A DNA stretch of 64,000 nt from an uncultured Erysipelotrichaceae bacterium. GTDB lineage: Bacteria; Bacillota_I; Bacilli_A; RFN20; CAG-826. Position numbers and translations under genes: made by a program. Where the stretch lies: positions 4,870-68,869 of the forward strand of contig CACXKR010000012.1 of NCBI GenBank assembly GCA_902768335.1, given 5' to 3'. The notes under the pieces are model-generated. The model did no database searches. It was not told the origin of the DNA and was given only the letters and a program-made list of their open reading frames with translations. The stretch's first letter is position 1. The number at the start of each line of letters is the position of its first letter. Positions 9,613 through 19,328 of this stretch are shown here, one piece after another.

Positions 9613-10454
9613 TGAAACAGATTCATTGGTATCCGGGCCATATGAAAAAGGCTCAAAACGATATCGAGGAAAGAATCAAAATAGTTGATTTAGTTATTGA
9701 ACTTCTCGATGCAAGGATTCCTTTTTCAAGTCGTAATCCCATTCTTTTTAAACTCTCACAAAATAAAAAGCGATTAGTGGTGCTTACAAAGAACGATTTG
9801 GCAGATTCAAAAATTACTGAAAAGTGGATATCTCATTTTAGAAGTGAGGGATTTGAAGCAATATTTGCAGACTTAAATAAAGATAAAGATATTAAAAATA
9901 TCATTAAATCCGCCGAAAAACTTGGCGAAGAAAAGAATAATAAATTAGTTGCCAAAGGCATGAAAGCGCAACCTATTCGCGCCATGATAATAGGTATTCC
10001 TAATGTTGGGAAATCAACTTTGATTAATAAGATTGCAAAACGAAACGCGGCCAGTGTTCAAAATAAGCCAGGCCACACTAAAGCACAACAATGGATCAAA
10101 GTTAGCGATCGCTTCCAACTATTAGATACTCCGGGAATTTTACCATCTAACTACGAAGACAAAAATGTCGCTTTAAACCTTGCACTTGTTGGTTCAATCA
10201 ATGAAGAAATTCTTCCTTTAGACGAACTTGCAAACTACTCTTTTAATTACTTAAAAGAAAATTATAAAGACAATTTGTGTCGAAGATTCGACTATCTTAA
10301 TTTAATTCTTTCTAACGATGAAAACTTCTCTCTTATAGCGAAAAGAAGAGGCTATTTTAGCAAGGATGGTTTAGATATCAATAAAGCCCACAAAGTCTTC
10401 TTAAATGAATTAAAAAACGGTATTTTAGGACAAATTAGTTTTGAAACAATCTAA
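9612..10454 (+). CDS. rbgA: Ribosome biogenesis GTPase A (RbgA/YlqF)
   Basis: Circularly permuted GTPase order TKNDL ... GIPNVGKST ... DTPGI. The WYPGHM N-terminus fixes the start at ATG 9612. Confidence 0.88.
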   Translation: MKQIHWYPGHMKKAQNDIEERIKIVDLVIELLDARIPFSSRNPILFKLSQNKKRLVVLTKNDLADSKITEKWISHFRSEGFEAIFADLNKDKDIKNIIKSAEKLGEEKNNKLVAKGMKAQPIRAMIIGIPNVGKSTLINKIAKRNAASVQNKPGHTKAQQWIKVSDRFQLLDTPGILPSNYEDKNVALNLALVGSINEEILPLDELANYSFNYLKENYKDNLCRRFDYLNLILSNDENFSLIAKRRGYFSKDGLDINKAHKVFLNELKNGILGQISFETI

Positions 10455-11079
10455 CGGTTTATCGTATCAAGAACAATTCTACTCAGACAAAGTAAAACTG
10501 ATTGTTGGAGTGGATGAAGCAGGACGTGGACCACTCGCTGGACCAGTTGTCGCCGCGGCCGTGATTTTCGCGCGCACGTATATAAATAAAGAAATAAATG
10601 ATTCGAAACAAATAAGTGAAAAGAAACGAGAAGAGCTCTACAAAGTCATAAAAGAAAACGCTCTTGCGATAGGCGTTGGAATCGTGGACGCTAAAACAAT
10701 CGACGAGATAAACATCTATGAAGCAACTAAAGTCGCAATGAAAGAAGCAATCAAGAATTTGAATCATGATTTTGACCTTATTCTCACTGATGCGATGAAA
10801 TTAGAAAATCAAAAAACGATGGTAATAGATATTATTAAAGGTGACGCTAAGGCACTACCAATCGCCGCTGCATCGATAATAGCTAAAGTCACTCGAGACC
10901 ATATGATGAACGATTTAGCGAAGAAATATCCTGAATACGGTTTTGATGAACACAAGGGTTATGGAACTAAGAAGCACATGGACGCAATTAAAAAATATGG
11001 CCCAATAAAAGATGTGCATCGTTTCTCATATAAGCCCGTTTATCGGGCTTCCCAGATGTCTTTGTTCGATATTGAATAG
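10441..11079 (+). CDS. rnhB: Ribonuclease HII
   Basis: GVDEAGRGPLAGPVV active-site motif. A TTG start at 10441 overlaps the rbgA end; the start codon is uncertain. Confidence 0.88.
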   Translation: MKQSNGLSYQEQFYSDKVKLIVGVDEAGRGPLAGPVVAAAVIFARTYINKEINDSKQISEKKREELYKVIKENALAIGVGIVDAKTIDEINIYEATKVAMKEAIKNLNHDFDLILTDAMKLENQKTMVIDIIKGDAKALPIAAASIIAKVTRDHMMNDLAKKYPEYGFDEHKGYGTKKHMDAIKKYGPIKDVHRFSYKPVYRASQMSLFDIE

Positions 11080-11098
11080 ATGGGCAACCATCTTTTTT
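11078..11098 (+). terminator. rnhB terminator
   Basis: AGATGGgcaaCCATCT followed by TTTTTT. Confidence 0.7.
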
Positions 11099-11155
11099 AA
11101 AAATTTTCACACTTTTTTCGATTTTTCTCAGTATTAAGTTTGTGGAGGCAAAACT

Positions 11156-11959
11156 ATGAATGCTAGAGAAATGTTAATTTACATCGCCCTTAGATTTAAT
11201 GGCGACTACCATTTGATGCGAGATTTTCTTGCTAACCACAAAACAATTGAAGAAGAATTTGGCGAAAGTGATCCAAAGCTACCAAACTTTAATTCTAAAG
11301 CCCTCACCATACTCGATGAGGATTATCCTGATGAATTAAAGAATTGTTGGTGCCCACCGATTGTCCTTTTCTATCAGGGGAATATATCGCTACTCAAAGA
11401 ATTATCGAAAGCGATTGCGGTGATCGGAACTCGAAAGCCGACCAAATATGGAATTGAGGCAACTAAGAAATTAGTTAAAGAAATCGATAAAGATATGATC
11501 ATCGTTTCTGGTTTAGCAAGAGGAATAGATGCTATAGCCCATATGCAGTGCTTAAACGATAGAGGAAAGACAATTGCTGTTTTAGGTTCTGGAATCAACT
11601 ATTGTTATCCTGAAGACAATCAAGAAATCTATGACCATATAAAAGAAAAAGGATTAATTGTTTCCGAATACCCCGATAAAAGCGTCCCATCACAAACAAA
11701 TTTTCCTTTTCGAAATAGATTAATCAATGCTTTATCACGTGGTGTGCTCGTAACAGAGGCATTCGCGCGTTCTGGTACTTCAATAACAGTCAACTACGCT
11801 TTATCAGTAAATAAACCAGTCTTCACCATACCTCATCAAATCGGAAAATATTCGTTCTGCAATGAGTTAATTAAAGATGGTGCTGAAATCATAGAAAGCG
11901 GTGATGACATCCTTGAATACTTAGGTTTAAAGAAAAACAAACCAATTTTCGAAATATGA
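11156..11959 (+). CDS. dprA: DNA processing protein DprA (Smf)
   Basis: Rossmann-like DprA core (IAVIGTRKPT, VSGLARGIDA, NRLI). SD ggagg. Conserved dprA-topA synteny. Confidence 0.85.
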   Translation: MNAREMLIYIALRFNGDYHLMRDFLANHKTIEEEFGESDPKLPNFNSKALTILDEDYPDELKNCWCPPIVLFYQGNISLLKELSKAIAVIGTRKPTKYGIEATKKLVKEIDKDMIIVSGLARGIDAIAHMQCLNDRGKTIAVLGSGINYCYPEDNQEIYDHIKEKGLIVSEYPDKSVPSQTNFPFRNRLINALSRGVLVTEAFARSGTSITVNYALSVNKPVFTIPHQIGKYSFCNELIKDGAEIIESGDDILEYLGLKKNKPIFEI

Positions 11960-11996
11960 AAAAAAGTTAAAGTATATCTTTAAGAAAAAAACGGCT

Positions 11997-12025
11997 TTGA
12001 CAAGGCTAGTCTATGTGTCTATAGT
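11997..12025 (+). promoter_or_regulatory. topA promoter
   Basis: TTGACA (11997-12002), 17-nt spacer, TATAGT (12020-12025). The ATG at 12038 lies 12 nt downstream, giving a very short leader with no SD. Confidence 0.65.
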
Positions 12026-12037
12026 ATGTTGCAGTTT

Positions 12038-14110
12038 ATGAAGCTTGTAATCGTCGAATCCCCAAATAAATGTCACACAATCTCTCGCTATCTCGGCCAG
12101 GGATACGAAGTCCTTGCTACGGTTGGGCACGTGCGTGACCTTTCCACAAGTGGAAAGGGAGGCTTTGGTGTTGACCTAAAAAATGACTTTAAACCATCAT
12201 ATGTTGTGGTGAGTAATAAGCGCAAAGTTGTCAGCGAACTTAAAGAAGCCGCTCGTAAAGCGAGCGACATCTATCTTGCAACCGACCCTGATCGTGAAGG
12301 AGAAGCTATCGCCTGGCATTTAACGCAGATTTTAGATCTACCAGTTGAGACAACTAAACGCCTTGAATTCCATGAAATTACACGCGTATCGATTTCAGAA
12401 GCAATGAAAAATCCTAGAACCATCGATATGAATCTCGTTAACTCTCAAGAAACAAGAAGAATTATCGATCGTATCATCGGTTTTAAACTTTCAAACATCA
12501 TTCAAAAAACGATCAAGTCTAGATCGGCTGGGCGCGTCCAATCAGCGACTTTAAAACTTATCACCGAACATGATGAAGAAATCGCTAATTTCGTTCCTAC
12601 TCCATATTGGACTATTAATATTGAATTAATAATAAATAAAAGAAAAATCACTGCAAACTTTGATTATTTTGGTGATATAAAGAAACTTGATGATGAAGAA
12701 AATGTGAATAAAATCCTCTCTTCTTTATCTGATAAAGCCAAAGTTATTTCGGTGAAAAAATCTCATAAATTAATTGAATCAAAACCAGCCTTTACAACAT
12801 CGACCCTTCAACAAGAAGCATATAATGTTTATCATTTTTCAACTTCCAAGACATCACGTTTAGCACAAGAGTTATATGAAGGCGTTCAAATTAAAGGTGA
12901 ACATACAGGTTTAATCACCTATATCCGTACTGATTCAACTTATTTATCTGATACTTTCGTTGCTCGTGCCGAAGCCTTTATCGAAGAAAAATTTGGTAAA
13001 GAATATTGCGGAAAGCGAAAAGTTGTTAAAGTTGCTGGCGCGCAAAACGCTCACGAAGCTATTCGTCCTACAAGCAACCATACAACTCCTGAATCTATTA
13101 GACCTTATGTCAGTCCAGACCTTTATAAACTATATAAGTTAATTTATGAAAGAGCGGTCGGATCATTAATGGCTCCAAAGAAAGAAGCTGTTCAAACCGT
13201 TTTGTTTGATTGCGGTGGAGTTGTATTTAAATGCGAAGGTCATTCAACCATCTTTGATGGTTATACTAGATTAAACAAGAGTGAAACTAGCGAAGAATTT
13301 TCACTTCCAATTTTAAATGAAGGTGACGAATTTGATGTTTCAAAAGTCAATAATGAAAAGAAAATGACTGAGCCACCTGCTTACTATACTGAAGCTAGAA
13401 TCGTTAAGCTTATGGAAGAAAAGAAGATTGGCCGCCCATCTACATATGCATCGACTATTTCAACTTTATTAAAAAGAAAATATGTTGAATCCGTTAAAGG
13501 TTCAATCATATCGACTGATGTTGGAAAACGAACCGCCTATGTCTTAAACAAATATTTTCCTAATTTCGTCGATGTTAAATACACCGCTCAAATGGAAAAT
13601 GAGTTAGACAAGATTCAAGAAGGCGAAATTTCAAGACTCAAAACTCTTACTGAATTTTATAAAAAATTCATGAAAGAAGTTGATGATGCATATAAAATAA
13701 TGTACACAGACGAAGACGAAGAAGTCGGAAGAAATTGCCCGATCTGCGGTGCACCATTAGTTAAAAAGAAATCACGTTATGGTGAATTCGTTGGTTGTTC
13801 AAATTACCCAGACTGCAATTATCGTGAAAAGGAAGAACTTGAACTTACTGGTGAACGTTGTCCAAAATGTGGTAGACCTCTAGTCTATAGAATTAATAAG
13901 AAACACAAAAAATTCATCGCTTGTTCAGGTTATCCAAAATGCGATTATGTTAGAAACGATGAAGAGGTCAAGGTTGAACATAAGCATTCTGGATTAGTTT
14001 GTCCAGAGTGCGGTGGTGAACTCGTCGAAAGACGACATGGTAAAAAGACATTCTTAGGATGTTCAAATTACCCAAAATGTCATCACATTGAACCGATTCG
14101 AAAAAAATAG
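12038..14110 (+). CDS. topA: DNA topoisomerase I
   Basis: TOPRIM (LVIVESPNK, DPDREGE), type IA core, and C-terminal Cys4 zinc ribbons (CPICG, CPKCG, CPECG). Confidence 0.93.
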   Translation: MKLVIVESPNKCHTISRYLGQGYEVLATVGHVRDLSTSGKGGFGVDLKNDFKPSYVVVSNKRKVVSELKEAARKASDIYLATDPDREGEAIAWHLTQILDLPVETTKRLEFHEITRVSISEAMKNPRTIDMNLVNSQETRRIIDRIIGFKLSNIIQKTIKSRSAGRVQSATLKLITEHDEEIANFVPTPYWTINIELIINKRKITANFDYFGDIKKLDDEENVNKILSSLSDKAKVISVKKSHKLIESKPAFTTSTLQQEAYNVYHFSTSKTSRLAQELYEGVQIKGEHTGLITYIRTDSTYLSDTFVARAEAFIEEKFGKEYCGKRKVVKVAGAQNAHEAIRPTSNHTTPESIRPYVSPDLYKLYKLIYERAVGSLMAPKKEAVQTVLFDCGGVVFKCEGHSTIFDGYTRLNKSETSEEFSLPILNEGDEFDVSKVNNEKKMTEPPAYYTEARIVKLMEEKKIGRPSTYASTISTLLKRKYVESVKGSIISTDVGKRTAYVLNKYFPNFVDVKYTAQMENELDKIQEGEISRLKTLTEFYKKFMKEVDDAYKIMYTDEDEEVGRNCPICGAPLVKKKSRYGEFVGCSNYPDCNYREKEELELTGERCPKCGRPLVYRINKKHKKFIACSGYPKCDYVRNDEEVKVEHKHSGLVCPECGGELVERRHGKKTFLGCSNYPKCHHIEPIRKK

Positions 14111-14117
14111 ACAAATG

Positions 14118-14141
14118 AGTAAGCATATGGCTTACTTTTTT
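14118..14141 (+). terminator. topA terminator
   Basis: AGTAAGCatatgGCTTACT followed by TTTTT. Confidence 0.75.
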
Positions 14142-14157
14142 GTTATACTTATCACAC

Positions 14158-15438
14158 ATGAAAAAGGTAAATGTCATCGGTGGTGGTTTAGCAGGTGTTG
14201 AAGCTTGCTATTGTTTGCTTAAAAAAGGATATGAAGTTCACCTTTACGAAAAGCGGCCTTCAAAGATGACACCCGCTCACGTTACTCCTTATTTTGGAGA
14301 ACTGGTTTGTTCTAATTCTTTAAAATCAAATCGCTTAGACAATGCTTGCGGTTTACTTAAAGAAGAGATGAGGCACATGGACTCATTAACGATGAAAGTT
14401 GCTAGTGAAACAAGCGTTCCAAGCGGCAATGCTTTAAGCGTTGATCGAAATCAATTTGCTAAGAAAATAACCGCAATTCTTAAAGATTTTCCAAATTTAA
14501 TAATTCACGAAGAAGATGTTGAAACCCTTAATAATGAACCAACAATAGTTGCTACTGGACCTTTAACTAGTGAACCTTTAGCAAAATATTTAGCTTCATT
14601 AGTCGGCAAAGAATCTCTCTTCTTTTTTGACGCTAGCGCACCTATCGTAAAGAAAGATTCAATCGATATGAGCATCGCTTACAAGAAAGCTCGTTATGAT
14701 CAAGGCGACGATAGTTACATTAATTGTCCATTTTCCATTGAACAATACGATAAGTTCTACGATGCTTTAATCAATGCGGAAGTAGCGAAAGTTCACGAAT
14801 TTGATAAAGCCTATTTTGAAGGCTGTATGCCAATTGAGGTTATGGCTAAACGCGGGAAAGATACTTTAAGATATGGTCCGATGAAACCAAAAGGACTTCA
14901 GCTAGAAGGTCGAGAAAAGTTCCATGCTGTCATTCAATTAAGACAAGATAATCTCCATGGCGATTTATATAACATTGTCGGTTTTCAAACTAACCTAACC
15001 TACAGTGAACAAAAGCGAGTTTTTAGAATGATTCCAGGACTTGAAAATGCTGAATTTGTCCGTTATGGCTTGATGCATAGGAATACTTATATTTGTTCGC
15101 CTTTAGCACTAAACGAAAACATGTCTTTTAAAAATAAAAAGAATCTATTTTTAGCGGGACAACTCACCGGTGTAGAAGGTTATGTTGAATCCGCTGCGAT
15201 GGGTATTTTAGCAGCGATTTATCTTGATGCTTATTTAGAAAATAAGAAATTACCTGATCTACCAATAAACACCATGCTTGGCTCACTTCATAATTATATA
15301 ATTCATGGCGACGTGAAAAACTTCTCTCCAATGAACGCGAATTATGGAATTCTTTATGGAGCGAACAAACATAATCATGAAGAATGTGCGACTAAATCTA
15401 TACAATTAATTGATGAATGGATGAAATATGCAAATTAA
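14158..15438 (+). CDS. trmFO: Methylenetetrahydrofolate-tRNA-(uracil54-C5)-methyltransferase TrmFO (Gid)
   Basis: FAD-binding VNVIGGGLAGVEA N-terminus and full-length TrmFO similarity. Extended -10 TGtTATACT (14141-14149) lies 8 nt before the ATG. Confidence 0.9.
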   Translation: MKKVNVIGGGLAGVEACYCLLKKGYEVHLYEKRPSKMTPAHVTPYFGELVCSNSLKSNRLDNACGLLKEEMRHMDSLTMKVASETSVPSGNALSVDRNQFAKKITAILKDFPNLIIHEEDVETLNNEPTIVATGPLTSEPLAKYLASLVGKESLFFFDASAPIVKKDSIDMSIAYKKARYDQGDDSYINCPFSIEQYDKFYDALINAEVAKVHEFDKAYFEGCMPIEVMAKRGKDTLRYGPMKPKGLQLEGREKFHAVIQLRQDNLHGDLYNIVGFQTNLTYSEQKRVFRMIPGLENAEFVRYGLMHRNTYICSPLALNENMSFKNKKNLFLAGQLTGVEGYVESAAMGILAAIYLDAYLENKKLPDLPINTMLGSLHNYIIHGDVKNFSPMNANYGILYGANKHNHEECATKSIQLIDEWMKYAN

Positions 15439-16336
15439 GGAAATCCAAGAATTTAAAGATTACCTAAAATATAATCTCAATTATTCAGACAAAACCATTG
15501 TTTCGTACGAAAGAGATATTGAGAGTTTTTATTTATTTATCTTTGCAGAAGGTGTCGATATCGATGATGTTGATTTACATATTATTCGTAATTATTTATC
15601 AGTGCAACTTTCAAATGGTATTTCGAAAAGAACGCTTTGTCGTAGGCTATCTTGCTTTCGACATTATTTCTCTTTCCTAGTTAATAAAGGTTATATTCAC
15701 GAAAATAGTTTCATCTTTGTTAATTCTCCAAAAAAAGAAATTCGTTATCCAAATGCTTTATATATAGAACAAATCGATACTTTGTTTGAAAGAAATAGAG
15801 AACGAAGCGATCACCTCATGCTTCGTGATCAAATCATTCTCGAGCTTTTATATGCCACCGGTGTACGTGCTTCTGAATTTGTAAATATCAAACTTCACGA
15901 CATCAATCCTCGTCAAAGATCGATTCGAATTTTAGGCAAAGGAAATAAAGAAAGAATCGTATTATATTCAAGAAGTGCAGCGAAAACGCTTGAAGATTAC
16001 ATTAAAAATTGTCGCCCAACTTTGCTTGCAAAAAACAAAATGTCATTCAATAGTGATTACCTAATTTTAAATGACCAAGGCAAGCAAATGACAACTCGTG
16101 GACTCGAATATGTATTAAAGAATATTGAAAAATTAACTGGTTGTAATTATGGCTTACATCCACACATCTTTAGACATTCAATCGCTACTCATCTTCTTGA
16201 AGGTGGAGCGGACCTTCGCGTCATCCAAGAATTATTAGGCCACGCTTCTCTTGATGCAACTCAGGTTTATACTCATGTCACAGAGGAAGCGATGAAGTCT
16301 CAGTTTATTGCTCATCATCCTCGTGCTAAAAAATAA
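15428..16336 (+). CDS. xerC: Tyrosine recombinase XerC/CodV type
   Basis: Catalytic residues in ATGVRASE, HIFRHSIATHLL and LGHASLDATQVYTHV. Conserved trmFO-xerC synteny argues for the chromosomal dimer resolvase. Confidence 0.85.
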   Translation: MQIKEIQEFKDYLKYNLNYSDKTIVSYERDIESFYLFIFAEGVDIDDVDLHIIRNYLSVQLSNGISKRTLCRRLSCFRHYFSFLVNKGYIHENSFIFVNSPKKEIRYPNALYIEQIDTLFERNRERSDHLMLRDQIILELLYATGVRASEFVNIKLHDINPRQRSIRILGKGNKERIVLYSRSAAKTLEDYIKNCRPTLLAKNKMSFNSDYLILNDQGKQMTTRGLEYVLKNIEKLTGCNYGLHPHIFRHSIATHLLEGGADLRVIQELLGHASLDATQVYTHVTEEAMKSQFIAHHPRAKK

Positions 16337-16386
16337 TTTTTGTTTTTCTTAATACATTAAGTTAATATTTTGTTGAGGAAATATTT

Positions 16387-17160
16387 ATGAAACACAAATC
16401 TTTTTTGCCGTTTTTAGTTGTTGCTCCGCTGATTCTTGCTGGTTGTGACGGAAGCTTTGGTTCAGGCGGAAAAGCAAAGAGAAAAGATCCTAATATCGTT
16501 AACGTGAAGGATTGGAATGCTGTCTTTGAACCAGAGAACTTTTCGCTACACACTAATTTCTCACATAAGGTAACCCAAACGATTAAACTTAAGGATGGTA
16601 GTGAGATTGTCCGTTGCAGTGAGGAAATGGAAATGGATTCGGGAAAAATCCACGCTATTCAAAAATATGCGAATGTCGTTCCTGATGAGGAAGGTAATCT
16701 AGTTCTTATAAACGATGAAGTTTATACTATTGAAGGATATTACAATTTTATAAAAATTGATGAAGACGAATGTGCTGAGTATGAACTATATATGAAGCGA
16801 GAAGGTGCGTGGCAAAAACAAAGTGGAAAAGATTACATTGAAACCATTTATCTCGATTTGGCGTTATTTGAATTCCCTTTTGAAGAATTTGAATTCAATT
16901 CAAAAACAAATTCATATTATTCTGAGCAATATACTTACAAGGTCGAACACGAATACCATCTAGGTCTTAAAGAAATTCGCATTAGCAAATGCAATGTAAA
17001 ATTTAACAAAAACTTACCAGTTTCATATGATTTTGACTTCACATCAATTAATACTGATGCCACAGATAATCTTACCGCTCATATGACTGGAACATTTGGT
17101 GATTATAACAAGATAAAACTTGAATTACCGGAAGTAACCGAAGTAAGCGAACAATCTTAA
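16387..17160 (+). CDS. Lipoprotein, unknown function
   Basis: Signal peptide with lipobox LILAGC. No recognisable domain. Confidence 0.7.
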   Translation: MKHKSFLPFLVVAPLILAGCDGSFGSGGKAKRKDPNIVNVKDWNAVFEPENFSLHTNFSHKVTQTIKLKDGSEIVRCSEEMEMDSGKIHAIQKYANVVPDEEGNLVLINDEVYTIEGYYNFIKIDEDECAEYELYMKREGAWQKQSGKDYIETIYLDLALFEFPFEEFEFNSKTNSYYSEQYTYKVEHEYHLGLKEIRISKCNVKFNKNLPVSYDFDFTSINTDATDNLTAHMTGTFGDYNKIKLELPEVTEVSEQS

Positions 17161-17189
17161 ATAGTAAAAACTATTTGTCTAAAGCTAAG

Positions 17190-17218
17190 AAGAGTGTTAT
17201 TATACAAGCACTCTTTTT
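17190..17218 (+). terminator. Terminator after the lipoprotein gene
   Basis: AAGAGTG ... CACTCTT stem followed by TTT. Confidence 0.7.
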
Positions 17219-17244
17219 ATATAGAAAAGAGATAACGCACATTG

Positions 17245-17335
17245 TGGATTCAACATCCTAGTCCCATGACCAAGGGGTCGATAGTGGGGGATGTTGTTAG
17301 AAACAATGGAGGCTAAAACAAATGGAGGTTCATTA
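17245..17335 (+). promoter_or_regulatory. Structured rpsB 5' leader
   Basis: 8-bp helix CAACATCC (17251-17258) / GGATGTTG (17289-17296) enclosing an inner GACCaaggGGTC hairpin. SD ggagg at 17324-17328. Confidence 0.45.
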
Positions 17336-18439
17336 ATGAACGAAGAACAAAAAACTGTCGCCCCTACTGCTGAAGTCGCAGAGGAAAAAGGCGATGTCAT
17401 GCAAATGGTAATGCATGATGAAAACGCACCAATTATTACCATCCGCAAATTACTCGAAGGTGGAGTCCACTTTGGACATAACACCCGCAAATGGAATCCA
17501 AAAATGGGCAAATACATCTACGGTGCCCGTAATGGAATCTACATAATCGATTTAAATAAGTCGGCGGAAAAACTCGGAGAAGCATATCTTGCTTTAAAGA
17601 AAATCGTCGATGAAAACGGTAAAGTTTTATTTGTCGGTATCAAACCACAAACCAAAGCTATCGTTGAAGAACAAGCCTTAAGAAGTGGTTCGTTCTATAT
17701 CACTAACCGTTGGTTAGGTGGTACACTTACCAACTTCAAGACCATTCAATCAAGAATTCGTCGTCTAAAAGAACTCGAAGCTCAAGAAACAGATGGAACA
17801 TTCGACCGTCTTCCAAAGAAGGAAGTTGCTCTTCTAAAGAAAGAAAAAGATAAATTAGCTAAAAACTTATCTGGTATTAAAGAAATGAGAAAGGTTCCAA
17901 ACGCAGTTGTCGTTTGCGATCCAACTATTGAACACAATGCTGTTGCCGAAGCTCATAAATTAAATATTCCAGTCTTCGGTATCGCTGATTCAAATTCTGA
18001 TCCAGATGTTCTTGACTACGTCATCCCAGGCAATGACGATGCAGTTCGCTCTGTCAAAGTCATTATCACAACCTTAGCAGACGCTGTTGTCGAATCTAAG
18101 GGTGGTATCACCGAAGTTGCTTATACAAAAGACGAAGGTGAAGAAGCCACAATGAAGGATGCTATCCGTCAAGCTGATAAAGAAAATGCTGAAAGATTAG
18201 CAGCTATTCGTAAAGCTCGCCAAGAAAAACAAGAACGTTACGAAAAGATGCAAGCTTTCCGTAAACAAAAAGAAGCAGCAAGAGAAGCTGCTAAAGCAGC
18301 CGAAGCAAAACCTGAAGCAAAAGCTGAAGAAAAACCAGTAGAAGAAAAGAAAGCTGAAGAAAAACCAGCTGCCAAAAAAGCTCCTGCTAAGAAAGCTCCA
18401 GAAAAGAAAGAAGCTGCCAAAGAAGAAGAGGCTAAATAA
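17336..18439 (+). CDS. rpsB: 30S ribosomal protein S2 with N- and C-terminal extensions
   Basis: S2 core (LLEGGVHFGHNTRKWNPKM, NRWLGGTLTN). About 30 aa of extra N-terminus and a KAE-rich tail of about 100 aa. ATG 17336 has the best SD. Confidence 0.9.
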   Translation: MNEEQKTVAPTAEVAEEKGDVMQMVMHDENAPIITIRKLLEGGVHFGHNTRKWNPKMGKYIYGARNGIYIIDLNKSAEKLGEAYLALKKIVDENGKVLFVGIKPQTKAIVEEQALRSGSFYITNRWLGGTLTNFKTIQSRIRRLKELEAQETDGTFDRLPKKEVALLKKEKDKLAKNLSGIKEMRKVPNAVVVCDPTIEHNAVAEAHKLNIPVFGIADSNSDPDVLDYVIPGNDDAVRSVKVIITTLADAVVESKGGITEVAYTKDEGEEATMKDAIRQADKENAERLAAIRKARQEKQERYEKMQAFRKQKEAAREAAKAAEAKPEAKAEEKPVEEKKAEEKPAAKKAPAKKAPEKKEAAKEEEAK

Positions 18440-18441
18440 TT

Positions 18442-19308
18442 ATGGCCAGCATGATTGAACTTATTAAAGAATTACGCGATCGTACCGGTGCTGGTATGAT
18501 GGATTGTAAAAGAGCCCTCGAAGCATCAAATTCTGATGTTGACAAGGCTATCGACTGGTTAAGAGAAAAAGGCATCGCTAAAGCTCAAGCTAAGGCTTCA
18601 AGAATTGCTGCCGAAGGTTTAGCTGGTGTTATCGTTAAAGGCGATACCGCAATCATCGCTGAAGTCAACTGTGAAACAGACTTTGTCTCTAAAGGCGAAA
18701 AATTCCACAGACTCGTCGATGATACAATGGAAGCAACTCTCAAAGCTGGTTCCAAATCAATCGAAGAAGCTAAAGAAGTTACTCAATCCTTATTCACCGA
18801 TGCGACTGTTTCGATGGGTGAAAAATTAGATTATCGTCGTTTCGATATCGTTAAGAAAAGCGCTGCTCAAGGTTTCGGTTCTTACATCCATATGGGTGGA
18901 AAGATTGCTACCTTAGTCCTTCTTGAAAAAGAAGATGCTGAACTTGCTAAAGGTTTAGCAATGCATATCGCCGCTAACGCTCCTAAATACGTTAGTGAAT
19001 CCGATATTCCAGCTGATGTTATCGAACACGAAAAAGCTATTGCTTTAGAAACTGCAAAGGCTGATCCAAAATTAGCTGGTAAACCAGAACAAATGCTCCA
19101 AGGCATCGTTGCTGGTAAAGTTAAAAAGATCTTATCTGAATCGATTCTCTTATCTCAAACCTATTTGTTAGATGGTGAAAAGAGCGTTGCTCAAGTCTTA
19201 AAAGAAAAAGGCAACACCGTTGTTAAATTCGTGAGATATGCTGTCGGTGAAGGTATTGAAAAACGTCAAGACAACTTCGCTGAAGAAGTCATGAAAGAAA
19301 TTAAATAA
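18442..19308 (+). CDS. tsf: Elongation factor Ts
   Basis: UBA-like N-terminus ELRDRTGAGMMDCKRAL and full-length EF-Ts similarity. Confidence 0.92.
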   Translation: MASMIELIKELRDRTGAGMMDCKRALEASNSDVDKAIDWLREKGIAKAQAKASRIAAEGLAGVIVKGDTAIIAEVNCETDFVSKGEKFHRLVDDTMEATLKAGSKSIEEAKEVTQSLFTDATVSMGEKLDYRRFDIVKKSAAQGFGSYIHMGGKIATLVLLEKEDAELAKGLAMHIAANAPKYVSESDIPADVIEHEKAIALETAKADPKLAGKPEQMLQGIVAGKVKKILSESILLSQTYLLDGEKSVAQVLKEKGNTVVKFVRYAVGEGIEKRQDNFAEEVMKEIK

Positions 19309-19328
19309 TTAATTTAAGGAGCCCCGCT

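Noticed and set aside
15428-16336. Tyrosine recombinase as the integrase of a mobile element.
   Set aside because: It lies in the conserved dprA-topA-trmFO-xerC string with no flanking att-like repeats or cargo. It is best read as the chromosomal XerC/CodV dimer resolvase.
18240-18436. Repetitive GAAGC/AAAGC-rich DNA at the 3' end of rpsB as a possible tandem-repeat or mobile element.
   Set aside because: It is in frame and encodes the KAE-rich low-complexity tail of S2. The antisense ORF 18238-18420 is its mirror image.
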